Shown one piece after another: positions 29,882 to 39,397 of a stretch of DNA of 64,000 nt. The notes under the pieces were generated by a model. It saw nothing but the letters and a program-made list of their open reading frames with translations, was not told where the DNA came from and made no database searches. The number at the start of each line of letters is the position of its first letter. Within the stretch, counting starts at the first letter, position 1. The stretch is taken from contig CAVQJC010000020.1 in the NCBI GenBank assembly GCA_963712745.1, positions 416,001-480,000 on the forward strand, given 5' to 3'. The translations under genes were made by a program, and so were the position numbers. Source of the DNA: an uncultured Chloroflexia bacterium (lineage in GTDB: Bacteria > Chloroflexota > Limnocylindria > Limnocylindrales > CSP1-4).

Positions 29882-30772
29882 TCAGGCCGGTAACGAGATG
29901 AGGACCACGCCCAGCAGGGCCATGGCCACGCCGGTCGCTCTCAGCCGGCTCAGCCGCTCGTGGAGGATGGCACGCGCCAGGATGGCGGTGACCACCGGGT
30001 AGAGCGACGCGAGCACGATGACGACGGGCAGCTCACCCTCGCCGCTGGCAAGCAGGAAGAAGAGATTGCCGCCGAGGTCGCCGAGACCGGCCAGGCAGCC
30101 GACCACGAGGGCCGCCCGGCCCAGCCGGAAGCCGGGGAAGCGACCCAGCGGCGCCAGCACGAGGGCGGCGGCGAGGACCGCGGCCACACCCGCCAGCTTG
30201 ACCATGAAGAGCGGCCACCAGACAGCACCTCCGGCATCGTGCGAAGCGTCCACCAGGAGGAAGAAGCCGCCGAAGCCGAGGGCGGCGCCGATGATGAGCA
30301 GCCATTCCTGGCCGCGCGATCCGTGGTACGTGGGCATCACCGGAGACCCCAGCCGCCGGTCGGGCATGGAGATGAGCACGATCGACGCGAGCGCCACGCC
30401 CATGCCCACCAGCGCGAGCAGGCCCACGCTGTCGCCGGTAAGCAGGGCGAAGGCCGCCGGCCAGGCCGCGGCCAGCAGCGCCGCCAGCGGAGCCACCAGG
30501 CCCATCGTCCCGCGCGAGAGCGCGAGGTAGAAGCAACCCAGGCCGAAAGTACCGGAGATACCCCCAAGCGCGGCCCACAGCAGTGCCTCGCCACTCGGTA
30601 CGGGTTCACCGCTGAGGAACAGGAGTGCTGCCGCCACGAGCAAGCCCACTACTTGTGCCAGGAGCACGGCCACGAAGTTGTTCGAGAGCCGCGTGGCGAT
30701 GCCGCCGGCGAAGTCGCCCACACCCCACGAGGCCGCAGCGGCGAGCGAGAGCAGCGGCGCCAGCAGGTTCAG
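29882..30772 (-). CDS. EamA/DMT-family transporter (probable CTG start)
   Basis: About ten TM helices; WGVGDFAGG, ASLYPVVT, LHERLS. Confidence 0.85.
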   Translation of the reverse strand: MNLLAPLLSLAAAASWGVGDFAGGIATRLSNNFVAVLLAQVVGLLVAAALLFLSGEPVPSGEALLWAALGGISGTFGLGCFYLALSRGTMGLVAPLAALLAAAWPAAFALLTGDSVGLLALVGMGVALASIVLISMPDRRLGSPVMPTYHGSRGQEWLLIIGAALGFGGFFLLVDASHDAGGAVWWPLFMVKLAGVAAVLAAALVLAPLGRFPGFRLGRAALVVGCLAGLGDLGGNLFFLLASGEGELPVVIVLASLYPVVTAILARAILHERLSRLRATGVAMALLGVVLISLPA

Positions 30773-33168
30773 TCGGTGTCCCCGTTCCCGTCCTTGCCGC
30801 TGGCAGCCTGCCGCAGGGCCGTCAGCGGGTCGGGCTCATCGGCCTCGGCCTGGGCGGCCCTGGCCGCGCGCAGGGCAGCCATCCGGCTCGGGCGCTGCCC
30901 TGTCTCGGGTCCGACCTGGCGCGGAGCCACGGGGTCAGGGTTGGGACGAGGGTCCGGCTCGAAGCGCAGGGTCGGCGCAGGTGCTTCGGCCGGCTTCGGC
31001 TGCGCTCCGGCCTGACGCGGCATGGCCAGGACACGCTCACCCGACGGCGCCGGCAGCACGACCAGCTCATCGGCGAGCGCGTCGAAGCGGCCGCTGCAGG
31101 TCAGATACAGCACCTGGAAGCCCTGCTCATGGGCGAACCGCTTGACCAACCGCATGGCACGTTCGGCTCGGGCTGCGTCGAAGGTGACGAAGGGGTCGTC
31201 AAGGATGAGCGGGGGGCGCCGGTCGAGCGTGACCAGGCGCACCAGCCCCAGGCGGGCCGCGAGGAAGAGCTGGTCGGCGGTCCCCTGCGAGAGCTTCTCG
31301 ACCTCGACCAGCTCGCCCGTCTCGGGGGCACGCACCCGGAACGAGAGGTTGGTCTCGTCGACCTCGATGTCATCGTAGCGGCCTCCGGTGACCTCGGCGA
31401 TGGTCGGGCCCATGCGCTCTTCGAGGAAGCGGGCAGCGGTCTTGAGCGTGGCCTGTTCGGCCGCCTCGACGGCGGCCAGGGTGCCCTCGTAGACGAGCAG
31501 CCGGCGCTCCATCTCGAGCTGGCGTCCACGGGCGGCGGCCAGGCGTTCGGCCAGCTCGGCCACGAGCTCGGCGTCGACCTGGTTGGCATCCACGCGGCCC
31601 TGCGCCTGATCCTCCTCGGAACGGGCCGCGTCGCGCGCCGGTGTCGTCTGGGCCACGAGGCGCTCGGCCGCAGAGCGCGCCGCCAGCGGGTCCTCGGCCA
31701 GCGGACCCATGGCCGCCAGCGCATGCTCGGCCCGCTCGGCCTCATCGGCGGCCTGGTCGCGTGACTCCTCCAGCCGGCGCAGGTTCGGTTCGTCCACCCC
31801 GAGCCCGCGCAGCTCCCCTTCGATCTGGGCCAGCTGCTCGGTGCGCTCCTCCGCGATCGCCGTCAGTGCCTCGGCAGCGGCCAGGTCGGCCACCCCCAGG
31901 CTGTCCAGCGTCGACTCGAGTTCGCGACGCTTGCGTCGGTACAGCTCCTGCTGATCGCGCTCGTGTTCCAGGCGCTCCGCCACGGCCGAGTCGGCCAGCT
32001 GCATGGCCAGCCCGTACTGTCGCCGTCGGCGAGCCAGGCGAAAGGCCTGGGCCAGCGAGACCGTGACACCGACCGCGATGACGGCCACGATGAGGATGCC
32101 GATGAGGCCGGCATCGCGCAGCAGGTACATCGAGAGCCAGCCGACCACGACCAGGAGGGCCGCGGCGGCCAACCAGCGCATCGGGCGAGGCGGCACCATC
32201 TCGGGATCCCGCTCGGCGCCAGACTCGGCGGCCACGTCGATCTCGGCCTCCAGCTCGGAGGCTTCGAACTCCAGGCTGTGAGCACGAGCGACGACACTGC
32301 GCAGCTGCGCCAGGGGCATATCGGTGGGCAGTTCGCGACGCAACTCGGCCGCCTCGCGCTTCAGCTCGGTCGCGCGCTTGAGGCGCTCCCAGCGCTCGTG
32401 CGCCGCGGCGCGACGCTCGGCCAGGTCGGCGGCTCGGCGTACCTCGGCCAGGTCGGCCTGCTCGCGTCTGAGCTTGATCTCCAGCCCCTCCCGGCGCTCG
32501 TGAGCGGCGACCCAGGCGGCCCGGTCGGCCTGCAGACGCGTGAGGGCGGCCTCACCGGTCGCGAGCTCCTCCTCGAGCAGGGCGATCTCCGCCCGCGCGG
32601 CCTTGAGCAGGCCCGGGTTCTTGTGGCCCTCCGTGCGGTGGCGGTGGATGGCGGCCTCCAGCTTCTTCTTGGCCTGGCCCGTGCCACGGTCGGCACCGCT
32701 GATGGCCTTCTGCAGGCGGTCGCCGATGGCCGGCTCCTCGCCGGCGACCGCGTCCAGCTCGCTGTGGCCGACGCTGGCCGTGGCCCTGAAGAAGGCCTCC
32801 GTGGGTACGCCGATGGCCTGCGCGATGTGGTCGCCGATCAGCGTGAAGTCGTTGATGACCTCACCGTCAAGCGTCAGCTCGCCCTCGGAGCGGGACCCGC
32901 CGAAACGCTTGCGCAACGTGCCCGTCCTGCCCTCGACCTCGAAGTCCAGCTCGACCTCCGGTGGCGACTCCGAGCCCCAAGCCCAGGCCTCGCGCACGTC
33001 GGCGCGGTTGGAGTCGGCCTTGCGGAAGAGGGCCAGCTCGAGAGCCTGCTGGAGGGTCGACTTGCCTGCCTCGTTGGGCCCGCGCACGATGGTCAACCCC
33101 GCTGCCGGCTCGATCTCGAGCGCGTCGTGCGACTTGAAGTGGCTGAGTCGTAGTCGTCGGATGCGCAC
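30769..33168 (-). CDS. Rad50/SbcC-like (YhaN-type) coiled-coil ATPase with two internal TM helices
   Basis: Walker A GPNEAGKST, LSQGTADQLFLAARL signature, Walker B LILDDPF, long coiled coil. Confidence 0.88.
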   Translation of the reverse strand: MRIRRLRLSHFKSHDALEIEPAAGLTIVRGPNEAGKSTLQQALELALFRKADSNRADVREAWAWGSESPPEVELDFEVEGRTGTLRKRFGGSRSEGELTLDGEVINDFTLIGDHIAQAIGVPTEAFFRATASVGHSELDAVAGEEPAIGDRLQKAISGADRGTGQAKKKLEAAIHRHRTEGHKNPGLLKAARAEIALLEEELATGEAALTRLQADRAAWVAAHERREGLEIKLRREQADLAEVRRAADLAERRAAAHERWERLKRATELKREAAELRRELPTDMPLAQLRSVVARAHSLEFEASELEAEIDVAAESGAERDPEMVPPRPMRWLAAAALLVVVGWLSMYLLRDAGLIGILIVAVIAVGVTVSLAQAFRLARRRRQYGLAMQLADSAVAERLEHERDQQELYRRKRRELESTLDSLGVADLAAAEALTAIAEERTEQLAQIEGELRGLGVDEPNLRRLEESRDQAADEAERAEHALAAMGPLAEDPLAARSAAERLVAQTTPARDAARSEEDQAQGRVDANQVDAELVAELAERLAAARGRQLEMERRLLVYEGTLAAVEAAEQATLKTAARFLEERMGPTIAEVTGGRYDDIEVDETNLSFRVRAPETGELVEVEKLSQGTADQLFLAARLGLVRLVTLDRRPPLILDDPFVTFDAARAERAMRLVKRFAHEQGFQVLYLTCSGRFDALADELVVLPAPSGERVLAMPRQAGAQPKPAEAPAPTLRFEPDPRPNPDPVAPRQVGPETGQRPSRMAALRAARAAQAEADEPDPLTALRQAASGKDGNGDTD

Positions 33169-33170
33169 GG

Positions 33171-34349
33171 CTAGGGCAGGCTCACGTGGCCCGGATCGTC
33201 GAGCAGCAGGCGCCGGCCCAGGCGCAGGATCTGCCGAGCCTGTTCGGCCGTCTCGTCGTCGCCCTTGGCCTCCGCCGCCGCGATGCGCGACTCGAGGTCG
33301 GCTACGAACCGTCCGGCCACGGTGTCCTCCGGCAGGTCGGGGCCGTCGGTGAGGTCGGCCACAGTACGATCGCGGACACGGATGTGCAGGAAGGACGACG
33401 CCAGCCCTCGTTCGACCTCATCGGTATCGATCTCGAGCGTGTCGGGCGCGATGCCCTCGATCGAGACCTGCAGCACGAGGTCGGCGTCGGCCGACTCATG
33501 CAGGCGTTCGATGAGCTGGGCCTGACTGGCCAATTCGCCGACGTCGATGCGCTCGTGGCGGAAGATGGTGCGGCCTACGGGCACCTTCTCGACGCGCACG
33601 CTGCTGGCACCGCCGACACCATCCTCGAGGCGTACCAGGCAAGCGAACCCGGCACCGTCCTGGTCGACGGCCACCGGCTCGGGCGCGCCCGAGTAGGCCC
33701 AGGTGGTGCCACCGGCCCGGCCGGTCGAGAACGAGTGCCAGTGACCCAGAGCCAGGTAGTCGAGGCCGCTGGCGGCGATCTCCTCGTCGCTGAAGATGAC
33801 GTCGTCCCGGTCGACCTTGCCGGGGATACGGCGCGAGCCGTGGATCATGCCGACCTTCCAGCTCGCGCGGTCGTCAGCCCGAACGTCGAAGCCCTCGAAC
33901 GGACTGCGGGGCGCGCGCTTGGTGGCGAAGACACGTCCGTAGACGATGAGGTCGAGCTCGCCGATGAGGAGCTCGGGCCGTTCCGGGGTAAGCACCGTCA
34001 GCAGGTCACTGCCTGCTGACAGACCGGCCAGCCGGGCGAGGTCGAAGGCGCGGTAGATGGAGCGGCCGTCGTAGACATCGTGCGTGCCAGGGATGATGAC
34101 CACGCGCACACCGGCAGCGGTCAACCGCTTCAACTGGGCCACGGCCGATTCCACCGAGCGGCGGGGCTGGGCGTTCGAATCGAAGAGGTCACCGCAGATC
34201 AGCGCCGCATCGACGTCGGCCTTCAGGCCTTCGTCGATGGCACGGCCGAAGGCGGCCATCTGGCGCTCGCGCTGTCGTGCGGCGGCGGCACCCATGTCGG
34301 CGTGGCGCGCGCCGAGGTGGATGTCGGCCAGGTGAAGCAACAGCGGCAT
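33171..34349 (-). CDS. Mre11/SbcD-like (YhaO-type) metallophosphoesterase nuclease
   Basis: ADIHLG, GDLFDS, PGTHD, DYLALGHWH, YSGAPE. Confidence 0.9.
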   Translation of the reverse strand: MPLLLHLADIHLGARHADMGAAAARQRERQMAAFGRAIDEGLKADVDAALICGDLFDSNAQPRRSVESAVAQLKRLTAAGVRVVIIPGTHDVYDGRSIYRAFDLARLAGLSAGSDLLTVLTPERPELLIGELDLIVYGRVFATKRAPRSPFEGFDVRADDRASWKVGMIHGSRRIPGKVDRDDVIFSDEEIAASGLDYLALGHWHSFSTGRAGGTTWAYSGAPEPVAVDQDGAGFACLVRLEDGVGGASSVRVEKVPVGRTIFRHERIDVGELASQAQLIERLHESADADLVLQVSIEGIAPDTLEIDTDEVERGLASSFLHIRVRDRTVADLTDGPDLPEDTVAGRFVADLESRIAAAEAKGDDETAEQARQILRLGRRLLLDDPGHVSLP

Positions 34350-34746
34350 GTGTGTGACGTGCTCCTTCATCCCAGGTCCATCGGACCGCTGCGTGGCAGG
34401 CCAGCGGTACTCGCGACGACGGCCCCATTGTGCCATCGCACCCTCGGCCCGACGCCGCTACCACGGTCCCTCGGTGTGGCGGTACTCCCGGCGGGCAAGG
34501 TTGTGGCGGCGGCCGAGGGTGAGGGGCAGACCCCTGCATGGGAAGGCTGCCGTTGCCGGTTCGGCGGGCTCGGTGTAACCTCCCCCGAGCATTCCGGTGC
34601 GCCCCACCAGAACGGGACCTCGGGACAGAACTGGGACATGCGGCGCCCGGCACTCCAGACGCCAACGCCCTTCTGTTTCAGGCTGCCCGAGGCGGGGTCT
34701 TGCCGGACCAGAGATGCCAGTCTTTCGTGCCCCAGGAGGTCACCAG

Positions 34747-35112
34747 GTGTCGTACACGGATCGGACCCTTACATGCGTCGACTGCAGCGTGGAGTTCATC
34801 CACTCCGCTGCCGACCAGGAGTTCTATGCAGAGAAGGGGTTCGTGTCCGATCCCAAGCGCTGCCCCAGCTGCCGCGCAGCCCGGCGGTCCATGCGTGAGT
34901 CCGGTGGCTACGACTCCCGTGACATCGGTGGCCCACGCGGCTACGAACGTGGCGACTACCGGGCCCCGCGCGAGTACTTCGCGGTCATCTGCTCCGAGTG
35001 CGGCAATGCCGCGCAGGTGCCCTTCAAGCCGCGTATGGACAAGCCGGTCTACTGCTCTGACTGCTTCCGCACGGTCCAGGCCCGCAACGCCGAGCAGGCG
35101 GAGACCGCCTGA
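34747..35112 (+). CDS. Zinc-ribbon protein with CxxC-x17-CxxC domain
   Basis: GGAGG SD plus GTG; DRTLTCVDC...QEFYAEKGF...PKRCPSCR; CSECG...VPFKP...PVYCSDCF. Confidence 0.88.
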   Translation: MSYTDRTLTCVDCSVEFIHSAADQEFYAEKGFVSDPKRCPSCRAARRSMRESGGYDSRDIGGPRGYERGDYRAPREYFAVICSECGNAAQVPFKPRMDKPVYCSDCFRTVQARNAEQAETA

Positions 35113-35262
35113 CGCCACGACCACTCCGGGACACAGACCCGGCCGCTCCGGCGACGGGGCGGCCTTGCGGATTCTGCTGGACGGTCGGTCCTTCGGCCGG
35201 GAGCCCGTCCTCCGGCCGGGGCCGATCTTCCGACCGGATCGTCGAGAGTACGGATGAAAGTG

Positions 35263-36471
35263 TCAAGCCCCGGGCGTGGGTATACCCTCTGGACGGACGC
35301 GGTCGACCGCCTGGCGAAGGGTGGGGTGATGGGGATCGTCCCCACCGCGCAGCCTTGTCCGGCCCAGGTCGTGACTCGAACCAAGCGCTCCCCGTTGCGG
35401 CGACCGCGTCCCGGACACCTCCCGGCCGGCCAGCCGCTCGAGCGCGCGCCGCTTGGTACGCGCCAGGTCCGGTCGGGCATCCCGGTAGTCCTGGTCCTTG
35501 GTGAGCAGGTGCCAGGCGATGATCGCGAGCTTGCGGGCGACCGCGATGATGGCCACGCCGCCACCGCGGCGTGCCTTGATCCGGGCATGGAAGCCCGCGA
35601 GCGGTCCGGGCGAGCGGATGGCCGCATGGGCGGCCTCGGTCAGCAGACCCCGCGCATGCGCTTGGCCGGCCCGGCTGATGTGGCCACCCCATGCGGGTCG
35701 ATCCCCCGACTGGTGCACGCGGGGATCGAGCCCGAGGTAGCTCACCAGCTTGGCCGGTCGGCCGAACCGGGAGACGTCGCCGATGACCGCGAGCAGGCTT
35801 GCGGCGGTGACGAGCCCGATGCCCGGGATGGTCAGCAGCCGGTGCACCCGGGGGTCGTCGACCACCATGGCCGCGATGGCCCCGTCCGCGGCCCCGATCT
35901 CCTCACCCAGGAGCGCCTCGAACCGGAGCGCCGAGTCCAGGCCCAGTCGCTCCTCGGGTGGCAGCTCGAGCCCGCCCAGCCAGCGTCGCCCGGCCACCCC
36001 GAAGGGGTCGGTGGCGGGGCACCGCAGCAGGCGGCGCGACACGATCGCCGTCACCCGGTTGCGGGTCGCGGTCCGGTCGCGCACGAGGCCCGCCCGGTGG
36101 GCCACCAGCCGGCGCAGGGAGCGGGTGGTCGCGTCTGGCACCCACACCTCGGGCAGGTAGTCGGCGGCGAGCAGCTCCGCCAGGGTCGCGGCGTCGATGT
36201 CATCGGTCTTGCGCTTGGCCTCCGCGATGGCCCGGGTGCGGAGCGGGTTGGACACCACCACCCTGCCGGCATGCCGGCCCAGCAGCTCCGCGAGCGCCCA
36301 GGTGTTCGTGGACGCCTCCAGGGCGACCACGTCGTGAGGACCGAGCGTCGCGGCGAAGTCCCGGAACGGGTCGCCCATGGCGACCCTGGGCAGCCTCCGT
36401 GCCGACCCCTTCTGCTCCACCACTGCGACGTGGGCGAAGTCGCGTCCCACATCGAGTCCGACGTATCGCAT
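35263..36471 (-). CDS. IS110-family DEDD recombinase/transposase
   Basis: YVGLDV, ALEAS, KTDDIDA (DEDD RuvC-like); TIPGIG, YLGLDPRVHQSG (catalytic Ser), AVARKLA; AAGGAGG SD before ATG 36471. Confidence 0.95.
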   Translation of the reverse strand: MRYVGLDVGRDFAHVAVVEQKGSARRLPRVAMGDPFRDFAATLGPHDVVALEASTNTWALAELLGRHAGRVVVSNPLRTRAIAEAKRKTDDIDAATLAELLAADYLPEVWVPDATTRSLRRLVAHRAGLVRDRTATRNRVTAIVSRRLLRCPATDPFGVAGRRWLGGLELPPEERLGLDSALRFEALLGEEIGAADGAIAAMVVDDPRVHRLLTIPGIGLVTAASLLAVIGDVSRFGRPAKLVSYLGLDPRVHQSGDRPAWGGHISRAGQAHARGLLTEAAHAAIRSPGPLAGFHARIKARRGGGVAIIAVARKLAIIAWHLLTKDQDYRDARPDLARTKRRALERLAGREVSGTRSPQRGALGSSHDLGRTRLRGGDDPHHPTLRQAVDRVRPEGIPTPGA

Positions 36472-36484
36472 CGAGGGCCTCCTT

Positions 36485-36680
36485 CCCCGATCGGACGATG
36501 GACACCTGGAAGGGCGACACGACACCTACGGATCCGTGCTCAAGGCACAACCGGTCAAGTCGCAGGGGCGGCCAGATAGACTCTCGGACTCTCACGTCCA
36601 CTACGCTCACGGCCCGCCCTCTGGTGTCCCACGAGCCCCTGTCCGGTGGCATCAGCCTACCGATACAGGTGGCCCTAGGC
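36485..36680 (-). ncRNA. Putative IS110 bridge RNA (boundaries approximate)
   Basis: Non-coding left end with two stem/internal-loop modules whose loops match the insertion-site flanks and the element ends. Confidence 0.7.
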
Positions 36681-36777
36681 ACGTTCATACCCGATAGACT
36701 CGAAAGCGACGCGTTCCCCAGCGCCCGGACCGAGTCACGAGAGGGTCACGAGACCGACGCCACGAGGTAGAGCCGCC

Positions 36778-38353
36778 ATGACCGACCAGCCGCGCACCAA
36801 GATCACCTACGCCACGCTGCGCGCGGACAACGCGGAGCTGCACGCCGCCTTCGAGGAGGCACTGGTGGCGGCTCGCGCCCGCCTCGGCGGCGGCCATCCC
36901 AATGTCATCGGCGGAAAGGAACGCAGCGGTGCGGGCGAGTCCGAGCTGCGCTCCCCCATCGACTCCGACATCCTCGTCGGACGCTTCGCCAACGCCACAC
37001 GGCAGGACGTGGGCGATGCCATCGCCGCTGCCCGGGCCGCCCAGCCAGCCTGGAACGCTCTTGGCTGGGAGAAGCGAGTCGACGATCATGACCGCCGTGG
37101 GCGACCTCATCAGCGAGCGGCTCATGGAGTACGGCGCGCTGATGGCCATCGAGGTGGGCAAGAACCGCCTGGAGGCATTGGGTGAGGTCGAGGAGAGCGC
37201 CGACCTCATCCGTTACTACGCCCGCATCGCGGTCGAGAACGAGTTCTACGTCAAGCCCATGGACAACCTGGGCGACCCCGCCACACATACCCGCTCGGTA
37301 CTGCGTCCGCACGGTGTGTTCGGCGTCATCGCACCCTTCAACTTCCCCATGGCCCTGGCCGCCGGTCCGGTCGGCGCCGCACTGGTGGCCGGCAATACCT
37401 GTGTCTTCAAGCCGGCCCGCGCGGGTGCCATGAGCGGCGTGCTGCTGATGGAGACTCTGCGCGACGCAGGTGTGCCCGACGGCGTGTGCAACCTGGTCAT
37501 GGGTCCGGGCGAGACCGTGGGCGACGAGCTCACGAGGAGCGCAGACATCGACGGCATCGTCTTCACCGGCTCGTACGAAGTGGGCATGGGCCTGCAGCGC
37601 GGTTTCACGCAGGCATATCCGCGCCCCTGCATCGTCGAGATGGGTGGCAAGAACCCGGCCATCGTGATGAAGAGCGCCGATCTGGAGAAGGCTGCCGAGG
37701 GCATCATGCGCTCGGCCTTCGGCTTCGGCGGCCAGAAGTGCTCCGCCAACAGCCGGGTCTACGTCGAGCGACCGGTGCATGACGAGCTGGTCCAGCGGCT
37801 GGTCGAGATCACCGAGCGGCTGACCGTGGGTGATCCGCTGCTGCGAGAGAACTTCATGGGCCCGGTCACCGACCAGCGTGCGCTGGACCGTTTCAGGCAG
37901 GCGGTGGCTGAAGCCCGCCGAGACGGCACGGTCTTCACCGGCGGCGAGGTCCTCACCCAAGGCGACCTGGCACGCGGCTTCTACGTCGAACCTACCGTCG
38001 TGGGCAACCTGCCGGCCGACCACCGGCTCTTCCGCGACGAGCTCTTCGTGCCCTTCACCGCGGTCCTGCCGGTCGAAACGCTCGACGAGGCGCTCGGTCT
38101 CTCGAACGCGGTCGTCTACGGCCTTACGGCCGGCATCTACAGCGAGGTCGACGACGAGGTCGAGCGGTTCCTCGACGGCATCCACACCGGCGTGCTCTAT
38201 GTCAACCGCCGGGCCGGTGCCACCACCGGTGCCTGGCCTGGCGTGCAGCCGTTCGGCGGCTGGAAGGGCTCGGGCTCGACGGGCAAGGCCGCCCTGGGCC
38301 CGTACTACGTGGCCCAGTTCCTGCGCGAGCAGTCGCACACCATCGTCGACTGA
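36778..38353 (+). CDS. Aldehyde dehydrogenase (P5C-dehydrogenase-like), frameshift near 37085
   Basis: APFNFP, FTGS, EMGGKN, GQKCSA, ELFVP, QPFGGWKGSG. Confidence 0.88.
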
Positions 38354-38408
38354 CGGCGAAGCGGACAGGCCGCCCGCGGCTATCGGACGGACACCGCGGA
38401 GGCGGGCG

Positions 38409-39224
38409 CTAGTCGGCGGACACCAGCTCCCAGGCGTCGACGATGTCGGCGGGGTCGGGTCGGGCCAGATCGATGGGCTCGCCGAAGCTGGAGAGCTCGT
38501 AGGCGACAGCGGCCAGGCCCACCTGGTCGCCAAGCGAGACCGGCATGTCGTAGGTGATACCCGTGATGTAGCCGTCGGCGTCCAGCCAGGCTTCGGCGCG
38601 GTCGACGTCGGCATTCGCCTTTCGCAGTCCGGCGAGGTTCTCCCCGTACGCCGGCAACAACCACCTGGGCAGCTGGTCACGCACCAGACCGAGATCTATT
38701 GGCACCTCGATGTGGGTCACTTCCACGCCATCGACCATCTCCCTGCCGAGGACCTCGATGGCACCGTCCACGCCCACGAGCCAGTACAGGGCGAGCGCGG
38801 CATCGCTGCCGATCTCGAAGCTGGCCTGCATCTCGCCGAACCCGGGAGGGGCCGCGGAGAGGTCGACGTGGAGCCATTCGCTCGGCGAGAGCAGACCACC
38901 GACCGTCATCCCTCGCAGATACATGTCACGTCCCTCGACGATGAAGGAGAACGAGCCGAGCTCGACCATCTCACCCTCCAGCCAGGCCTCCAGCTCCTCA
39001 CCGAACGAGACCTGGCCCTCCGCATCAAGGATGAGCACGGGCTCGATGCCGGCGGCCGGAACCTCGATCATCACCCGCACCCCGATGCCCACGGTCTCAC
39101 TCGCGAGCGTGCGCTCGACCGCTCGCGCCAGAGCGGCGGGCTCGACGGCGGGCTCGGTAGCTACGGTCGATGCGGCGGTCGTAGCCAGCAGCAACGCGAC
39201 CGAGAGCGGCCAGGTGATACGCAT
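38409..39224 (-). CDS. Exported protein, LppX/LprAFG-like beta-rich fold suspected
   Basis: Signal peptide; EVLGREMVDGVEVTH, WLDADG, FGEPIDLARPDP pattern. Confidence 0.6.
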   Translation of the reverse strand: MRITWPLSVALLLATTAASTVATEPAVEPAALARAVERTLASETVGIGVRVMIEVPAAGIEPVLILDAEGQVSFGEELEAWLEGEMVELGSFSFIVEGRDMYLRGMTVGGLLSPSEWLHVDLSAAPPGFGEMQASFEIGSDAALALYWLVGVDGAIEVLGREMVDGVEVTHIEVPIDLGLVRDQLPRWLLPAYGENLAGLRKANADVDRAEAWLDADGYITGITYDMPVSLGDQVGLAAVAYELSSFGEPIDLARPDPADIVDAWELVSAD

Positions 39225-39397
39225 GGCTTGTCTCCCTGCAGGCCGCCAGCGTGTCGGTGAGCGAACGTGGCGTCGAGAGCCACTCGGCAGGTGGTGCCCC
39301 CTGGTCGGTGGCGCACAGGGACCGTGACAAGCCCCGTATACTCCCTATCCACCGTGCATACATCCGATACAGAGGGACATCGATCGAAGGAGGGGAC

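Larger units (their letters stand above)
35249..36696 (-). mobile_element. Complete IS110-family insertion sequence flanked by TA cores
   Basis: TA at 35249-50 and 36695-96; imperfect subterminal IR ATGAAAGTGTC/ATGAACGTGCC; circle junction creates TTGACA-17bp-TATGAA. Confidence 0.85.

Noticed and set aside
35251-36695. Alternative IS110 boundary using an ATC core
   Set aside because: It gives only 11 bp between -35 and -10 in the circle. The TA core gives 17 bp and agrees with both 7-nt guide matches.
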